A stretch of 48,237 nucleotides of DNA from an uncultured Limnohabitans sp. (GTDB taxonomy: Bacteria > Pseudomonadota > Gammaproteobacteria > Burkholderiales > Burkholderiaceae_C): assembly GCA_964589665.1 (NCBI GenBank), contig CAZPTM010000001.1, positions 1 to 48,237 of the forward strand. Reading direction: 5' to 3'. Below are positions 36,689 to 46,970 of this stretch, one piece after another. Position 1 is the first letter of the stretch; the number at the start of each line of letters is the position of its first letter. Made by a program: the position numbers and the translations under genes. The notes under the pieces were generated by a model, which saw only the letters and a program-made list of their open reading frames with translations, did not search any database and was not told where the DNA came from.

Positions 36689-37463
36689 GGACAGCCTCCA
36701 GCCACTGCGCTTCATGGTTCAAATCCTGATCGTGCCAACGGCCTTGCATGGCCATCAAATGCATGCGGACAAACAGGGATTCATTGAAATAACCATAGCG
36801 GTTGGCCGCTTCGATGGCCTTGCGATGGGCCCCATCATGGGCATAGTGCATCATGTCGTCTTTGTTACGCCACAGGCTGAAGGTGCATTGCCGAACCAAG
36901 GGGGCTTCGCCCAAACCCATGGCGATCTCGCAGCCCTGGGCCTGGTTCAAATCGGACTGTGCTGCCGGGGCATGGCGCCAAAATGCCATGGCCTTGGTTG
37001 GGCGAATGCTCGCACGGGTCAGCACCGCCATGCGCTCGGGATGTGCAGCCAGACGGCGCCCCTCATTCGGGGTTTGTTGGCTGGTGTCGGTCACGCCCCA
37101 GTCACGACCATCCCATTGCCCACGAACCGAGTCCACGGCCATCACGCCCACCCAAGACTCGCGCGCGCGCGATCGCGCTTCCTTCACATAGGTGCTGTGG
37201 ACAAATTGCTGGGCGTGGTCGATGTGATCAAACACCGCCATCACACCTTGGTGCGTGGCACTCGGGCGCAAGATGAAACCGCCCTCGTGACCACTGCCCA
37301 TGATCTTGCCAAAGCGCAAGCCAGGGTGGGTTTTGACATTTGGCGGACCTGAGGCAAGGCGGTACCAAGCCCAGGCCTGGTGTTGACGCAGGTAATCGAA
37401 CAACACCATCACCACAACCCCTGCGAGTGGGGAGGTCAAGGCGTTGGCGCCACTGATGCTCAA
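36681..37463 (-). CDS. crtA: Spheroidene monooxygenase (start uncertain)
   Basis: F.KIMGSG..GGF...P, LTRASIRP.K...FWR..P, GLGEAP...Q.TFSLW, H..AI. Confidence 0.9.
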   Translation of the reverse strand: MSISGANALTSPLAGVVVMVLFDYLRQHQAWAWYRLASGPPNVKTHPGLRFGKIMGSGHEGGFILRPSATHQGVMAVFDHIDHAQQFVHSTYVKEARSRARESWVGVMAVDSVRGQWDGRDWGVTDTSQQTPNEGRRLAAHPERMAVLTRASIRPTKAMAFWRHAPAAQSDLNQAQGCEIAMGLGEAPLVRQCTFSLWRNKDDMMHYAHDGAHRKAIEAANRYGYFNESLFVRMHLMAMQGRWHDQDLNHEAQWLEAVHG

Positions 37464-38479
37464 GCCCTGCCCCCCTCTGATGGAGGCTCGCGTCCGAGCC
37501 GGCTCGACGACACAGCAATGGGATCGCGCAAGGGGTAGGTGTGCGGCGTGGCATGGGGCTCGAGGGCTTTGGGCAGACGAAAGACCACGTGCTCAACCAA
37601 GCCCGGCGCTTCGTGAACCTGGCCGCTGGTGTAGGAACTCAGAGCCAGAACTACTTGCTGAACCAACACCTCGGGGGTAGAAGCGCCCGAGGTGACGCCT
37701 ATGCGTTGTACGCCCTCTGACCACCAGGCGGGTTGCAATTCAGTGCAGTCTTGGACCAAGTAGGCGGGCTTGCCACATCGCTCGGCCACTTCGCGCAAGC
37801 GGTTGGAGTTGGAGCTGTTGCGCGCACCAACGACCAGCATTAGGTCAACGTCCTTGGCCAGGTCGCGCACGGCGTTTTGCCGGTTTTGGGTGGCATAGCA
37901 AATGCCATCCATGTTTGGACCCGTGAACTTGGGGTATTTTTCGTGCAAGGCTTGCAGGATGTCGTGCGTGTCGTCCATGCTGAGGGTGGTTTGCGTCACA
38001 TAGGCCACGGGCGCATCCGACGGCCAAGGCAATGCGGCCACCTCCTGCACCGACGAAACCAGGTGGACAGGGCAGTTCACGCTGCCGACTGTGCCTTCCA
38101 CCTCCTCGTGCCCCGCGTGACCAACCATCACCAAGTGCATGCCCTGCTTTTCAAAGCGCTGGGCTTGCAGGTGGACTTTGGTCACCAGCGGGCACGTGGC
38201 ATCGAAGGTTCGGAGTTCGCGGCGTTTGGCCTGCTGGCGAACCTGGTTCGAAACCCCATGGGCACTGAAGATGGTGTGGGCACCGGGTGGCACTTTGCTC
38301 AGGTCGTTGACAAAAATCGTACCCCGGGATTTGAGATCGTCCACCACATGTTGGTTGTGCACGATCTCGTGAAAGACATAAATGGGTGCGCCCATTTGCT
38401 TCAAGGCCAGGTCCACGATGTCGATGGCGCGCTTGACCCCTGCGCAAAATCCGCGAGGGGTTGCCAGCACGATGTCCAT
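37460..38479 (-). CDS. ispH: 4-hydroxy-3-methylbut-2-enyl diphosphate reductase
   Basis: PRGFCAGV, EIVHN, FSAHG, DATCPLV, GH.GH.EV.G, QTT, ICYATQNRQ, SSNS; all three Fe-S cysteines present. Confidence 0.96.
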   Translation of the reverse strand: MDIVLATPRGFCAGVKRAIDIVDLALKQMGAPIYVFHEIVHNQHVVDDLKSRGTIFVNDLSKVPPGAHTIFSAHGVSNQVRQQAKRRELRTFDATCPLVTKVHLQAQRFEKQGMHLVMVGHAGHEEVEGTVGSVNCPVHLVSSVQEVAALPWPSDAPVAYVTQTTLSMDDTHDILQALHEKYPKFTGPNMDGICYATQNRQNAVRDLAKDVDLMLVVGARNSSNSNRLREVAERCGKPAYLVQDCTELQPAWWSEGVQRIGVTSGASTPEVLVQQVVLALSSYTSGQVHEAPGLVEHVVFRLPKALEPHATPHTYPLRDPIAVSSSRLGREPPSEGGRA

Positions 38480-38506
38480 GGTCAAGCGCCCAGAGGGTGT
38501 CGTGTC

Positions 38507-39532
38507 TCAGCGGGCTGCGATCTTGTTGTCGCCCTTGGGGGTGCCTTGGAGAACAGGATAGTCCTTGAGCATGGGGGCGCCGTACAAGGGTTTGTAGGCC
38601 CCTTGATGACAGGTGCCGCAATTGACCTTGGCCACATCGCCCAATTCACCTTTGCGATGCGCAGGAAATTCATTGGTGAGCGGTGTCATGTGATCGACAT
38701 TGAGGCTACGAACCATGCGGATGCCATGCCAAGCAGTGACGCGCTGGGTAGGGTTGCCCTTCCAATCTTGGAAGGATCGCGTGTTGTGACAGTACGTGCA
38801 ATTCACACCCAGTGACTGCGACATGTGCGTCATGAGGCCATAAGTCCATTCCGCCTGCTTAATGGATTGCCGATTGCCAGTGGGCAAGGCCGTAGTCGCG
38901 CTGACGCGGATGGGTAAATCCTCGAGCAAGAAGGGTGTGAACGGATCAAAGGGCAGAGACGACCAATTGACGTCTTGATCTGGTGTGTTTTGACCCGACT
39001 TATCACCCAGAAAGTTTGACCCATAGGGTTGATCTTTCTTGGTAAACCAGAATTGGCTGGGAATATTCTGTCCCCGGTGACAGGTGTAACAAGTGACCCC
39101 GGTTTGTGCCACATGGGTTTCCCAATTGCCGTTGATGAACCGGGTCATATCGATCATCCGACGCGCCACACGCTTGGTGTAAAGCGAATCGTCAGCGAGG
39201 TTGTTGAGATTGTGGCAGTAGCTGCACCCTTCTTTGGGAGCCACCCAGTTGGTCATGGACACCATAAAGGTAGCGAATTGGGCTGCACTCAAATCTTTCA
39301 GGACCTGAACGTTTTGATAGACCTGCTCGGCCTTTGGACCTTCGGCAGGAGGCAGAGGAATTGCAGGCGGCGCGACGTTGAGATCGGCTTGTGCCTGCAG
39401 GGTCCGCGGGTTGTAGACCTGCTGCATACCGGTTCCCCGATAACCATGCTGAACCACATCCACTGGTGGGCGTTCGCATCCGGCTAGTAAACACGCGGCA
39501 CCGGTGATTACCAATGAGATCAATCGTTTCAT
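38507..39532 (-). CDS. pufC: Reaction-centre-bound tetraheme cytochrome c
   Basis: Lipobox LAGC; four CXXCH motifs (CSYCH, CYTCH, CTYCH, CGTCH). Confidence 0.97.
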   Translation of the reverse strand: MKRLISLVITGAACLLAGCERPPVDVVQHGYRGTGMQQVYNPRTLQAQADLNVAPPAIPLPPAEGPKAEQVYQNVQVLKDLSAAQFATFMVSMTNWVAPKEGCSYCHNLNNLADDSLYTKRVARRMIDMTRFINGNWETHVAQTGVTCYTCHRGQNIPSQFWFTKKDQPYGSNFLGDKSGQNTPDQDVNWSSLPFDPFTPFLLEDLPIRVSATTALPTGNRQSIKQAEWTYGLMTHMSQSLGVNCTYCHNTRSFQDWKGNPTQRVTAWHGIRMVRSLNVDHMTPLTNEFPAHRKGELGDVAKVNCGTCHQGAYKPLYGAPMLKDYPVLQGTPKGDNKIAAR

Positions 39533-39543
39533 GGTTTACCTCC

Positions 39544-40509
39544 TCATTTCAGACTGGCCGGGTCCATCACAGGGCTAAACACTTCTGGATAAGGCGGCAC
39601 CACGCCGTGCTTCATTGACCAGAGGTACCAGTTGTCCACCACCGTGCCAGTGAGCAGGATGCCGATACCGCCCACCAAGGGACACAACACGGCAAACCAC
39701 CAGGCCCAGCGGTGAATCGATTCCATGGTGGCGTTGAACCCCATGGTCCAGCGCCAGAACAGGGCGGCGCGTTCGCTGGCCGTGCCGCGATCGGTTATCT
39801 GTTCGATCTCGCGCTCGCCACCAAACCGGGTCACAGCCAGAATCGTGGCGCCGTGCATGGCAAAGAGCAGTGCCGAGCCATACAAGAAGGCAATGGACAA
39901 GGCATGGAAGGGGTTGTAGAAGAGATTGCCATAGCGCAGCGAGAACGCTGCCGTCCAATCGAGGTGCGGGAAGATTCCAAATGGAACCGCCTCACCCCAG
40001 GACCCCATGAGCACCGGGCGGAACAAGCCCAGCACCAGATACAACCAGATGGCCGCAAGGAAGGCCCAGGCCACATGCGTGCCCATCCCCAGTTCACGTG
40101 CACGACGATAGGTGCGCCACCACCACAACAAGAGCGATGCGGTGAGAAACAAGCCCGCGAGCAACCACCAGCCGCCCTGGTTCATGGGCGGGAAACTCAG
40201 ACCGTAGGACGGGGGCGGCGGCTCCAAAGAGAGCCAGAACAACTGACGGATGAACTGCACCGGGTCATAGTTGACCGAGGCCAGCATGTTCATCCCAATG
40301 ATGGTGGTGGCAAAGAGACCACAAATTAGCGAAGCCAGACCGAGTCCACCGAGGTAGATGGGACCAATCTGGGCATTACCGATCCAGCCCAACCAATAGT
40401 TGGTGACAGGCTCGCCGGTGCGCGGGCTGTTGCCGTGTCCGAGCTCAACGCCGTGGTGCACGGGGCCGGTGGCCTGAACCGTGGTGAATAAGTTTTGGTA
40501 TTGCGCCAT
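39544..40509 (-). CDS. pufM: Reaction centre M subunit
   Basis: [43 protein letters not shown]. Confidence 0.98.
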   Translation of the reverse strand: MAQYQNLFTTVQATGPVHHGVELGHGNSPRTGEPVTNYWLGWIGNAQIGPIYLGGLGLASLICGLFATTIIGMNMLASVNYDPVQFIRQLFWLSLEPPPPSYGLSFPPMNQGGWWLLAGLFLTASLLLWWWRTYRRARELGMGTHVAWAFLAAIWLYLVLGLFRPVLMGSWGEAVPFGIFPHLDWTAAFSLRYGNLFYNPFHALSIAFLYGSALLFAMHGATILAVTRFGGEREIEQITDRGTASERAALFWRWTMGFNATMESIHRWAWWFAVLCPLVGGIGILLTGTVVDNWYLWSMKHGVVPPYPEVFSPVMDPASLK

Positions 40510-40527
40510 GTTTTCCTCCACAGGTGT

Positions 40528-41367
40528 TCAGCTCACAGGCCACTGTGACCAGATGGGCAGGTTCAGCCACCAGGTCCACCACTCGGGCCAACCTCGCGTC
40601 CAGAACGGACCACTGAGCACAATGCACAAGGCACTGAAGAGAACGGCAGCCAAAGCCAGAAACAGACCAAGTCGGTGAATGCCCAAGGTGCCAATCGAAT
40701 AACCAATCGTGTCGCGGAAGAAGGTGTCCTCATGCTCCGGGGTCTTGACCGTCTCACCCGCCTTGGGGTTGGTCGACGACAGGATCAAGGCGCCGTGCAG
40801 CGACAGTGCAAAAGTGCTTGCAAAAAAGAAACTCACACCCAGCATATGGGCGGGGTTGTAGTGAAAGTGCAGGTACTGGTAGCCCACGTTGGACACCCAG
40901 TCGAGATGGCTGTAGATGCCGTAGGGGAAACCATGTCCCCATGCGCCCATCAAAACCGGGCGGATCACCTGCAAGGTGAAGTAAGCAAAGATGGCCACGC
41001 TGAAGGCCACGGGCACATGCAGCCCCATGCCCAGTTTGCGACAGATCTCGACCTCGCGCAACGCCCAGGAGCCAAAAGCACCCAGTGCGCAAACGGTGAT
41101 GAATTGCCACAGGCCTCCCTCCATCATGGGGGCAAGTCGCAATCCCCATTTGAGGTCAGGCGGTGCAATGCTGATCTGCCACAGATTCCAGGTTGGCCCT
41201 TGTGAGGCACCCCACAAGATGAGCGCCGTACCCAGAATAGTGAAAAAGATGGTGGTGACACCGAAAAAACCGACATAGAAGGGACCGACCCAAAAGTCGA
41301 ACAAGTCGCCGCCCAGCAGCGTTCCACCACGCACCCGGTATTTCCGTTCAAAGTTCAACATCGCCAT
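40528..41367 (-). CDS. pufL: Reaction centre L subunit
   Basis: [44 protein letters not shown]. Confidence 0.98.
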   Translation of the reverse strand: MAMLNFERKYRVRGGTLLGGDLFDFWVGPFYVGFFGVTTIFFTILGTALILWGASQGPTWNLWQISIAPPDLKWGLRLAPMMEGGLWQFITVCALGAFGSWALREVEICRKLGMGLHVPVAFSVAIFAYFTLQVIRPVLMGAWGHGFPYGIYSHLDWVSNVGYQYLHFHYNPAHMLGVSFFFASTFALSLHGALILSSTNPKAGETVKTPEHEDTFFRDTIGYSIGTLGIHRLGLFLALAAVLFSALCIVLSGPFWTRGWPEWWTWWLNLPIWSQWPVS

Positions 41368-41396
41368 GACATGCCCTCCCTCTAAATTCGCCGAAT

Positions 41397-41445
41397 CACA
41401 CAGTGCCGCGCCGAGTCAGCATCGCCCGGAGGCGGCATCTGTGTG
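41397..41445 (-). other. pufA-pufL intercistronic stem-loop (putative mRNA decay barrier)
   Basis: CACACAG-TGCCGC...GCGGCA-T-CTGTGTG imperfect inverted repeat just after the pufA stop; same position as the Rhodobacter puf hairpin. Confidence 0.7.
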
Positions 41446-41459
41446 GCCCTTTGCTTGCC

Positions 41460-41648
41460 TCAAGACTTTGTGGCAGGCATTGGACTGTTTTGAGACGAGA
41501 CCGTCTGGGGTTTTTTTGCCCCATCTAGCCAGTTGAATTTGTTGGTACTCAACAGAATGAGATGGATCATTGCTGCAAGTCCGAACAAGAAAATGCCCTG
41601 GACCACCATGGCCCTGAGCGGGTCATAAAGACGCCAAATTCGCCACAT
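41460..41648 (-). CDS. pufA: LH1 alpha polypeptide
   Basis: MWRIW..YDP.R....Q..FLF.LA.MIH.ILLST..FNWL; AGGAG RBS. Confidence 0.96.
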   Translation of the reverse strand: MWRIWRLYDPLRAMVVQGIFLFGLAAMIHLILLSTNKFNWLDGAKKPQTVSSQNSPMPATKS

Positions 41649-41658
41649 ATTGCTTCTC

Positions 41659-41886
41659 CTAGATGATTTGTGACATGAGTGTGTAGACCGCCGTCTTCAC
41701 GCCCTGGACCATTGACACCGACCCTTCCGCGCCTGGTAGCAGCGCACGCCAATCTGAACCGACAAGTCGAGCCAAAATGGCGAGCACAAATAGCAGACCA
41801 AAAGAAATCAGGTAAATGAACCAAAAGGCCATGGAATCACCAGCCGATTCACGGTGGTGGTTACTCACAGTTTGAACGTGGGGCAT
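41659..41886 (-). CDS. 75-aa single-TM protein between pufB and pufA, PufQ-like
   Basis: Strong AGGAG RBS 6 nt upstream; one hydrophobic helix (FWFIYLISFGLLFVLAILARLV); size and topology like PufQ. Confidence 0.7.
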   Translation of the reverse strand: MPHVQTVSNHHRESAGDSMAFWFIYLISFGLLFVLAILARLVGSDWRALLPGAEGSVSMVQGVKTAVYTLMSQII

Positions 41887-41915
41887 GACGGTCTCCTAGA
41901 TGGTTGATGTTTGAC

Positions 41916-42056
41916 TCAGAACCAGGGACGCCACGCCCAGACCAGGATGTGAGCCACAACGGCGACAGCCGTAAACCCCACAAAGCCCTGCATCCAATAG
42001 GTATGGAACTCCTGAGCCTCTTCGTCGGTTAACCCGGAAATGGATTTATTCGACAT
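41916..42056 (-). CDS. pufB: LH1 beta polypeptide (46 aa, not in ORF track)
   Basis: Manual translation [46 protein letters not shown]; AAGGAG RBS. Confidence 0.97.
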   Translation of the reverse strand: MSNKSISGLTDEEAQEFHTYWMQGFVGFTAVAVVAHILVWAWRPWF

Positions 42057-42206
42057 GGTTGCTCCTTCTATCTAAGGCCTTGCGGCCCTCCTTGCGCTCG
42101 GCCCGCGCAATTGGGCAGTTGAAGCAACATGCTTCAACATCCTTGACCCGCTTGGTCCAAAAACCATGAGCGGTTGATGACGCATTGAGGAATCGCTGCT
42201 GATGAC

Positions 42207-43682
42207 TCATTTCATGCCCATCTTTTGACTTGCAAATTCAACATGTCGGGACTGAACCGACTCGTCCCCGTGATCACGCGAATATTCTTCGGCCTGATCG
42301 CGCAGCAACTTGGCCGCTGAAATCTGCACCAGCACCGGTTGCTTGGAAACCAACTTGTTGAGCAAGGTCTGCGCGGAGTCTTCCCAAGGCAAGGCGTTTC
42401 CCAACCGGGTGCGAGTGGCTTCCACCTGGTCCATCTCTGATCCCAGCGGCAGGATGTGAAAGAGTGAGTCGAACAAGGCATTGCAAACCTCTTGAATGAG
42501 GTAAGTTGCGCCGCTGTAGCCCATGAAGGGGGTGCCGGTATGTCGCCGAATGATGCTGCCTGGGAACGATGCCGGAATGTAGGACGTCTTGAAGGGGCTG
42601 TGACCAGCACGCTCGCTGAGATACATGCGCTCGTTGTAGCTGCCAAACATGATTAGCGGGGGTTGCTGGTGACACAGCTTTCGAATCATCTGGTTGTCGG
42701 TTTTATGCCCAGGCTTCCTGGGTATGCTGAAGCGACACGGCAATCCCATTTCCATTTCTAGGAAGTGACGAATTCCCCTTTCATGCGTCTCGCAGGCCAC
42801 GACAGCAAAGCTAGCCGTAGGGAAAAAGTCTTGAGTCACCGACCGCCACAAATCCCAAATGGGCTTGAGTGTGGTCTGGCGCTCCTGATGAATGAATGGC
42901 TCCGGATCTAGCCCAAGCAAGTCACCTAGCGTGCGCAGGAATTGAGTGGTGGTGTGCAGTCCTATAGGCGCTTGCAGGTAGGGTCGTTCAAGCGCTTCGC
43001 ACAGCATGCGACCGTATTCGCGATACATGCAAATGTTGACATCAGCCTTGGCGAGATTGGGTATATCTTCGAGCGCCATGCCCATAGGGAACACAGCATT
43101 GATGTCTGCCCCAAGGCCTTTGACCAGTCGTTCAATCTCAGCCAGATCACTTGGCGTGTTGAACATGCCATAGCATGGACCAATGATGTTGACCAGCGGC
43201 CGCTCTCCAGGCTTACGGTCACCAGGCTTTTTGGCAGCTGGGATTTTTTTCAAACCATATTGTGTCCACAGCCAATTCATGGCGCGGTTTGCGCATTGCC
43301 ACTGGTCTTCGTCAATGGTGCGGGGCAAAAAGCGCATGAGCTTGGTTCCCTCGGGCGTCACACCACCGCCAATCATCTCGGCTATGGATCCGGTCACGAC
43401 TACCGCTGGCTTTTTGGGGTCGAGCGTAGCGTGTGCTCGCTTCATCGAGGCTTCTGTTCCCTCTCGACCCAGTTGTTCTTCAGCCAGACCGGTCACCACA
43501 ATGGGCAATTCATGTGGTGGCAAGCCGTCTGTGTAATGCAAGACGCTGGTGACTGGTAGGTTTTCGCAACCTACGGGACCATCAATCACAACTTGCAACC
43601 CTTTGATCGCCGTGAAGACATAAACCGCCCCCCAATACCCTCCGGCACGGTCATGATCGATGACAAAGGGCATTTGGCTCAT
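42207..43682 (-). CDS. bchZ: Chlorophyllide a reductase subunit Z
   Basis: [39 protein letters not shown]. Confidence 0.96.
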   Translation of the reverse strand: MSQMPFVIDHDRAGGYWGAVYVFTAIKGLQVVIDGPVGCENLPVTSVLHYTDGLPPHELPIVVTGLAEEQLGREGTEASMKRAHATLDPKKPAVVVTGSIAEMIGGGVTPEGTKLMRFLPRTIDEDQWQCANRAMNWLWTQYGLKKIPAAKKPGDRKPGERPLVNIIGPCYGMFNTPSDLAEIERLVKGLGADINAVFPMGMALEDIPNLAKADVNICMYREYGRMLCEALERPYLQAPIGLHTTTQFLRTLGDLLGLDPEPFIHQERQTTLKPIWDLWRSVTQDFFPTASFAVVACETHERGIRHFLEMEMGLPCRFSIPRKPGHKTDNQMIRKLCHQQPPLIMFGSYNERMYLSERAGHSPFKTSYIPASFPGSIIRRHTGTPFMGYSGATYLIQEVCNALFDSLFHILPLGSEMDQVEATRTRLGNALPWEDSAQTLLNKLVSKQPVLVQISAAKLLRDQAEEYSRDHGDESVQSRHVEFASQKMGMK

Positions 43683-45100
43683 GTGGTGACCCCATCAAAA
43701 AAGCCATGCATCTGATCCATGCGTTCGCGATTGGCAATAGCTGCACGAACGACATCAACGAGTGAACTCATGCCTGGTACGCCCAGCAAAGGCCGCGCGG
43801 AGATCAGATTGGTGAAATACAAAGCGGGCAAACTCATTTCCTTAGCGCGTTGAACCACCGGAGTAGTTCCAATCGCGAGGTCTGGACGATGCTCATGCAT
43901 GGCCTGAAGGTCTTGTTCCAGTGTTGCGCGGAACTGAACCTGCACTCCGCGCGCTCGCAGCCATTCGGCGTCATGCGCATTCCACGGCGTGGCTGGGCAG
44001 GCGGTGCCTACGTATCGCAAATCGGCGCCGCAATCGATGAGCAGTCGAGCCACCAGCAGTTCCGACCCCTCATAGCCACTCAGGGTGATGCGACCGTGGA
44101 TGCGCTGTTCATCCAGCATGTTTCGCATGGGGTTAAGCACCGCATTGCGAGCCTTGTCAATCAATTCACGTGGTAGGCCCATGGATTGCCCCAGGGCGAG
44201 CAACCAGTCCTGGGTGCCATCAATGCCAACAGGCGCTGAGCCAATGATGGGTTTGCCCAAGTCGGCCAGCGTACGGAGGCTTGCGGTGTAAAACGGATGA
44301 ATCGCGGCTACCGCAGCACCGTCCAAGGCCACATAAAGCTCTCGCCATTCGCGCGTGGGCAGCACAGCACCCACACCCAAACCCATGGGTGAGATCAATT
44401 GAGCCACCGACACGGGATCAGCAGGAAACATCTCCCCCACCAATGTGATCGATGGCCGCTCCCGTCGTTTGTCCTTGGGGGCTTGCACCGGTCCGTGACG
44501 CACTTCGGCTCTGGCGTATTCAAGCATCGCGCCAGTAAGCACATCTTTAGCTTCTGCATGCGTTGGCACGCCAAAGCCCGGAACATCAATGCCAATTACA
44601 CGCACGCCATTGATTTCCTTGGGCAGTAACTGCAAGGGAACACCGCTGGCGGTGGGAACACACAGGTTGATCACCACCACGGCATCGACCAACGCTGGGT
44701 TTGCCTGGGCAATCACAGCTTCACGAATGTCTTCAAACAGCTTGCCCGTCACCAATGTCTCGGAGTTAAAGGGCACATAACCCACACTGCGTCGTGCACC
44801 ATAGAAGTGAGAGGTGAAAGTTAGCCCATAAACGCAGCAGGCTGATCCGCTCAGGATCGTGGCGGTGCGGCGCATGCGCAAGCCCACACGTAAGGAACCA
44901 AATGCCGGGCACATGCTCTGGGGCTGGTCGTGCGGTCCCTGGCCTTCGCCACGGGGGTAGTCGCGCGCGAGCTGGTCGAGCAACTCGGACTTGCCCGCCT
45001 GCTTGGCCGCTTGCACAAGGGTGCCGGTGGGCGCATGACATCCCTCCTGCACCACCGAAGTTGCGGCCACAGGCTGTATGGGAATGGTGCGTGCGTTCAT
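43679..45100 (-). CDS. bchY: Chlorophyllide a reductase subunit Y
   Basis: [46 protein letters not shown]. Confidence 0.96.
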   Translation of the reverse strand: MNARTIPIQPVAATSVVQEGCHAPTGTLVQAAKQAGKSELLDQLARDYPRGEGQGPHDQPQSMCPAFGSLRVGLRMRRTATILSGSACCVYGLTFTSHFYGARRSVGYVPFNSETLVTGKLFEDIREAVIAQANPALVDAVVVINLCVPTASGVPLQLLPKEINGVRVIGIDVPGFGVPTHAEAKDVLTGAMLEYARAEVRHGPVQAPKDKRRERPSITLVGEMFPADPVSVAQLISPMGLGVGAVLPTREWRELYVALDGAAVAAIHPFYTASLRTLADLGKPIIGSAPVGIDGTQDWLLALGQSMGLPRELIDKARNAVLNPMRNMLDEQRIHGRITLSGYEGSELLVARLLIDCGADLRYVGTACPATPWNAHDAEWLRARGVQVQFRATLEQDLQAMHEHRPDLAIGTTPVVQRAKEMSLPALYFTNLISARPLLGVPGMSSLVDVVRAAIANRERMDQMHGFFDGVTT

Positions 45101-45102
45101 GC

Positions 45103-46020
45103 TCAGGCTTCCTGGTAGATGACCTCGAAGCTGGGCTTGGGCTCGGGCATGCGACCCAGCATGTCCGTCTCGCTCGCGGGTAACAGCTTCACATCGCGAC
45201 CCACGGCCTCGGAACTGAACAGGCCCAGCAGTTCGTCCTGGCTTTGTGTCTTGGGTTGCAAAGGCGGGGCGATGGCCACTTGTTCGGCAAGGCCTTCAAA
45301 CAGGGGACCCCATTCGCCACCGGGCTTGCCGATGATTTCGTAGCTTGCGCTCTTGCGGCGGATGTCCTCGTGGGCGGGGATGGCCGCGAGCACAGGGATC
45401 CCAACGTTGTGCGCAAAGGCCTTGGCCTCGCCGGTGCCGTCATCCTTGTTGATGACCATGCCGGCCACACCCACGTTGCCGCCAAGTTGACGGAAGTACT
45501 GCACCGCAGAACACACGTTGTTGGCCACGTAGAGCGATTGCAAATCGTTGCTACCCACCACGATGACCTTCTGGCACATGTCGCGGGCAATGGGCAAGCC
45601 AAAGCCGCCACAAACCACGTCGCCCAGGAAGTCAAGCAATACGAAGTCAAAGCCCCAGTCGTGAAAGCCGAGTTTCTCGAGCGTCTCAAAGCCGTGGATG
45701 ATGCCGCGCCCGCCGCAACCGCGACCCACTTCGGGGCCACCGAGCTCCATGGCGTAGACGCCATCGCGCTTGAAGCACACGTCACCGATCTTGACTTCTT
45801 CTCCGGCGAGTTTTTTACGCGACGAGGTTTCAATGATGGTTGGGCAAGACTTGCCACCAAACAGCAAGCTGGTGGTATCGCTCTTGGGATCGCAACCGAT
45901 GAGCAAGACTTTTCGACCCTGCTGAGCCATCATGTAGCTGAGGTTGGCGAGGGTGAAGCTCTTGCCAATCCCGCCTTTGCCATAAATGGCAATGATCTGG
46001 GTTTCTTTGGGTGTGCTCAT
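45103..46020 (-). CDS. bchX: Chlorophyllide a reductase iron protein X
   Basis: [38 protein letters not shown]. Confidence 0.96.
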   Translation of the reverse strand: MSTPKETQIIAIYGKGGIGKSFTLANLSYMMAQQGRKVLLIGCDPKSDTTSLLFGGKSCPTIIETSSRKKLAGEEVKIGDVCFKRDGVYAMELGGPEVGRGCGGRGIIHGFETLEKLGFHDWGFDFVLLDFLGDVVCGGFGLPIARDMCQKVIVVGSNDLQSLYVANNVCSAVQYFRQLGGNVGVAGMVINKDDGTGEAKAFAHNVGIPVLAAIPAHEDIRRKSASYEIIGKPGGEWGPLFEGLAEQVAIAPPLQPKTQSQDELLGLFSSEAVGRDVKLLPASETDMLGRMPEPKPSFEVIYQEA

Positions 46021-46970
46021 TCTTTCGCTCTCCAGTCGATGACCATCTTGAGACAGCTGCAGTCGTTGAAAGCCAACTCGTAGGCCTCATGCGCCTGAGT
46101 TGGGGTGGCTTGGTGCGTGACCAAATCGGCGATGGACAAGCGGCCCGTTTCCACCAGCGCCTTGACGGCCAGCAAATCGGGGCGCTTCCATTCGGCCGCC
46201 AAGCGCAAGCGCATTTCGCGCATGAAGGCGGGCGCAAAGGCAAAGCGGATGTCCTGCTTGTAAAAACCCGCCAGCACGATCTCGCCGCCGGGGTGCAGGC
46301 GCTGGATCAGGCTGTTGAGCAAGTCGGCGTCACCGCTCACGTCATAGATGTGGCGGTAGTCGCTACGCGGGTCGTCCTCGGGGTGCATCACGTGGTAGCC
46401 CACGGCGCCTTTGGTGCGTTCGGCATCGACTTCCCACACGGTGGGTGGCTCGGCGCCTGCAGCCACGGTCATGCGGGCAAGCAAGCGCCCCATCACGCCA
46501 TGGCCAACGATGAGGTCAGGCGGTGCATGCGGGGCTTGCTGCCCCCCGCCCGAAACACTGTGATAGGCCGTGGCCGCGAGGGCAAAGAGCACGGCGTCGC
46601 GCCCGAGCGCGTCGTCGACTGGCACCACTTTTTGGTGATCGGCATGCAGGCGGCGCGCTGACGCGCCAAAGAGGCTGTGCACGCCTTGCCAGCACCGCGT
46701 ACCTGGCACAAAAACACGCTGCCCAATGGCCATATCCACGTCATGCGCCACTCGAGTCACCCGCCCCACGGCTTCATAGCCCGGTACCAGCGGATAGCCC
46801 ATGCCGGGGAAACTGGGCATGGTGCCATCCCAAAGCAGGCGTTCGGTGCCAGTGCTGATGCCGCTGTGTTCGATGTCCACCTCCACCTGACCCAAGCCCA
46901 ATTCGGGCAATTCAAGGCAGCCCAAACGCACTTCTCGGGGTTGGTTAAAGAGGATGGCTTCGGTTTTCAT
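46017..46970 (-). CDS. bchC: 3-hydroxyethyl bacteriochlorophyllide a dehydrogenase
   Basis: SGISTGTERLLW.G.MP.FPGMGYPLVPGYE, LIVGHG..GRL, CLKMVIDW. Confidence 0.96.
   Translation of the reverse strand: MKTEAILFNQPREVRLGCLELPELGLGQVEVDIEHSGISTGTERLLWDGTMPSFPGMGYPLVPGYEAVGRVTRVAHDVDMAIGQRVFVPGTRCWQGVHSLFGASARRLHADHQKVVPVDDALGRDAVLFALAATAYHSVSGGGQQAPHAPPDLIVGHGVMGRLLARMTVAAGAEPPTVWEVDAERTKGAVGYHVMHPEDDPRSDYRHIYDVSGDADLLNSLIQRLHPGGEIVLAGFYKQDIRFAFAPAFMREMRLRLAAEWKRPDLLAVKALVETGRLSIADLVTHQATPTQAHEAYELAFNDCSCLKMVIDWRAKE

Noticed and set aside
38507-39532. Possible triheme or degenerate PufC
   Set aside because: All four CXXCH motifs and plausible distal Met/His ligands are present
42072-42185. 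37-codon minus-strand ORF (MRHQPLMVFG...) in the puf leader
   Set aside because: No SD, no TM, no PufQ resemblance; better explained as structured RNA
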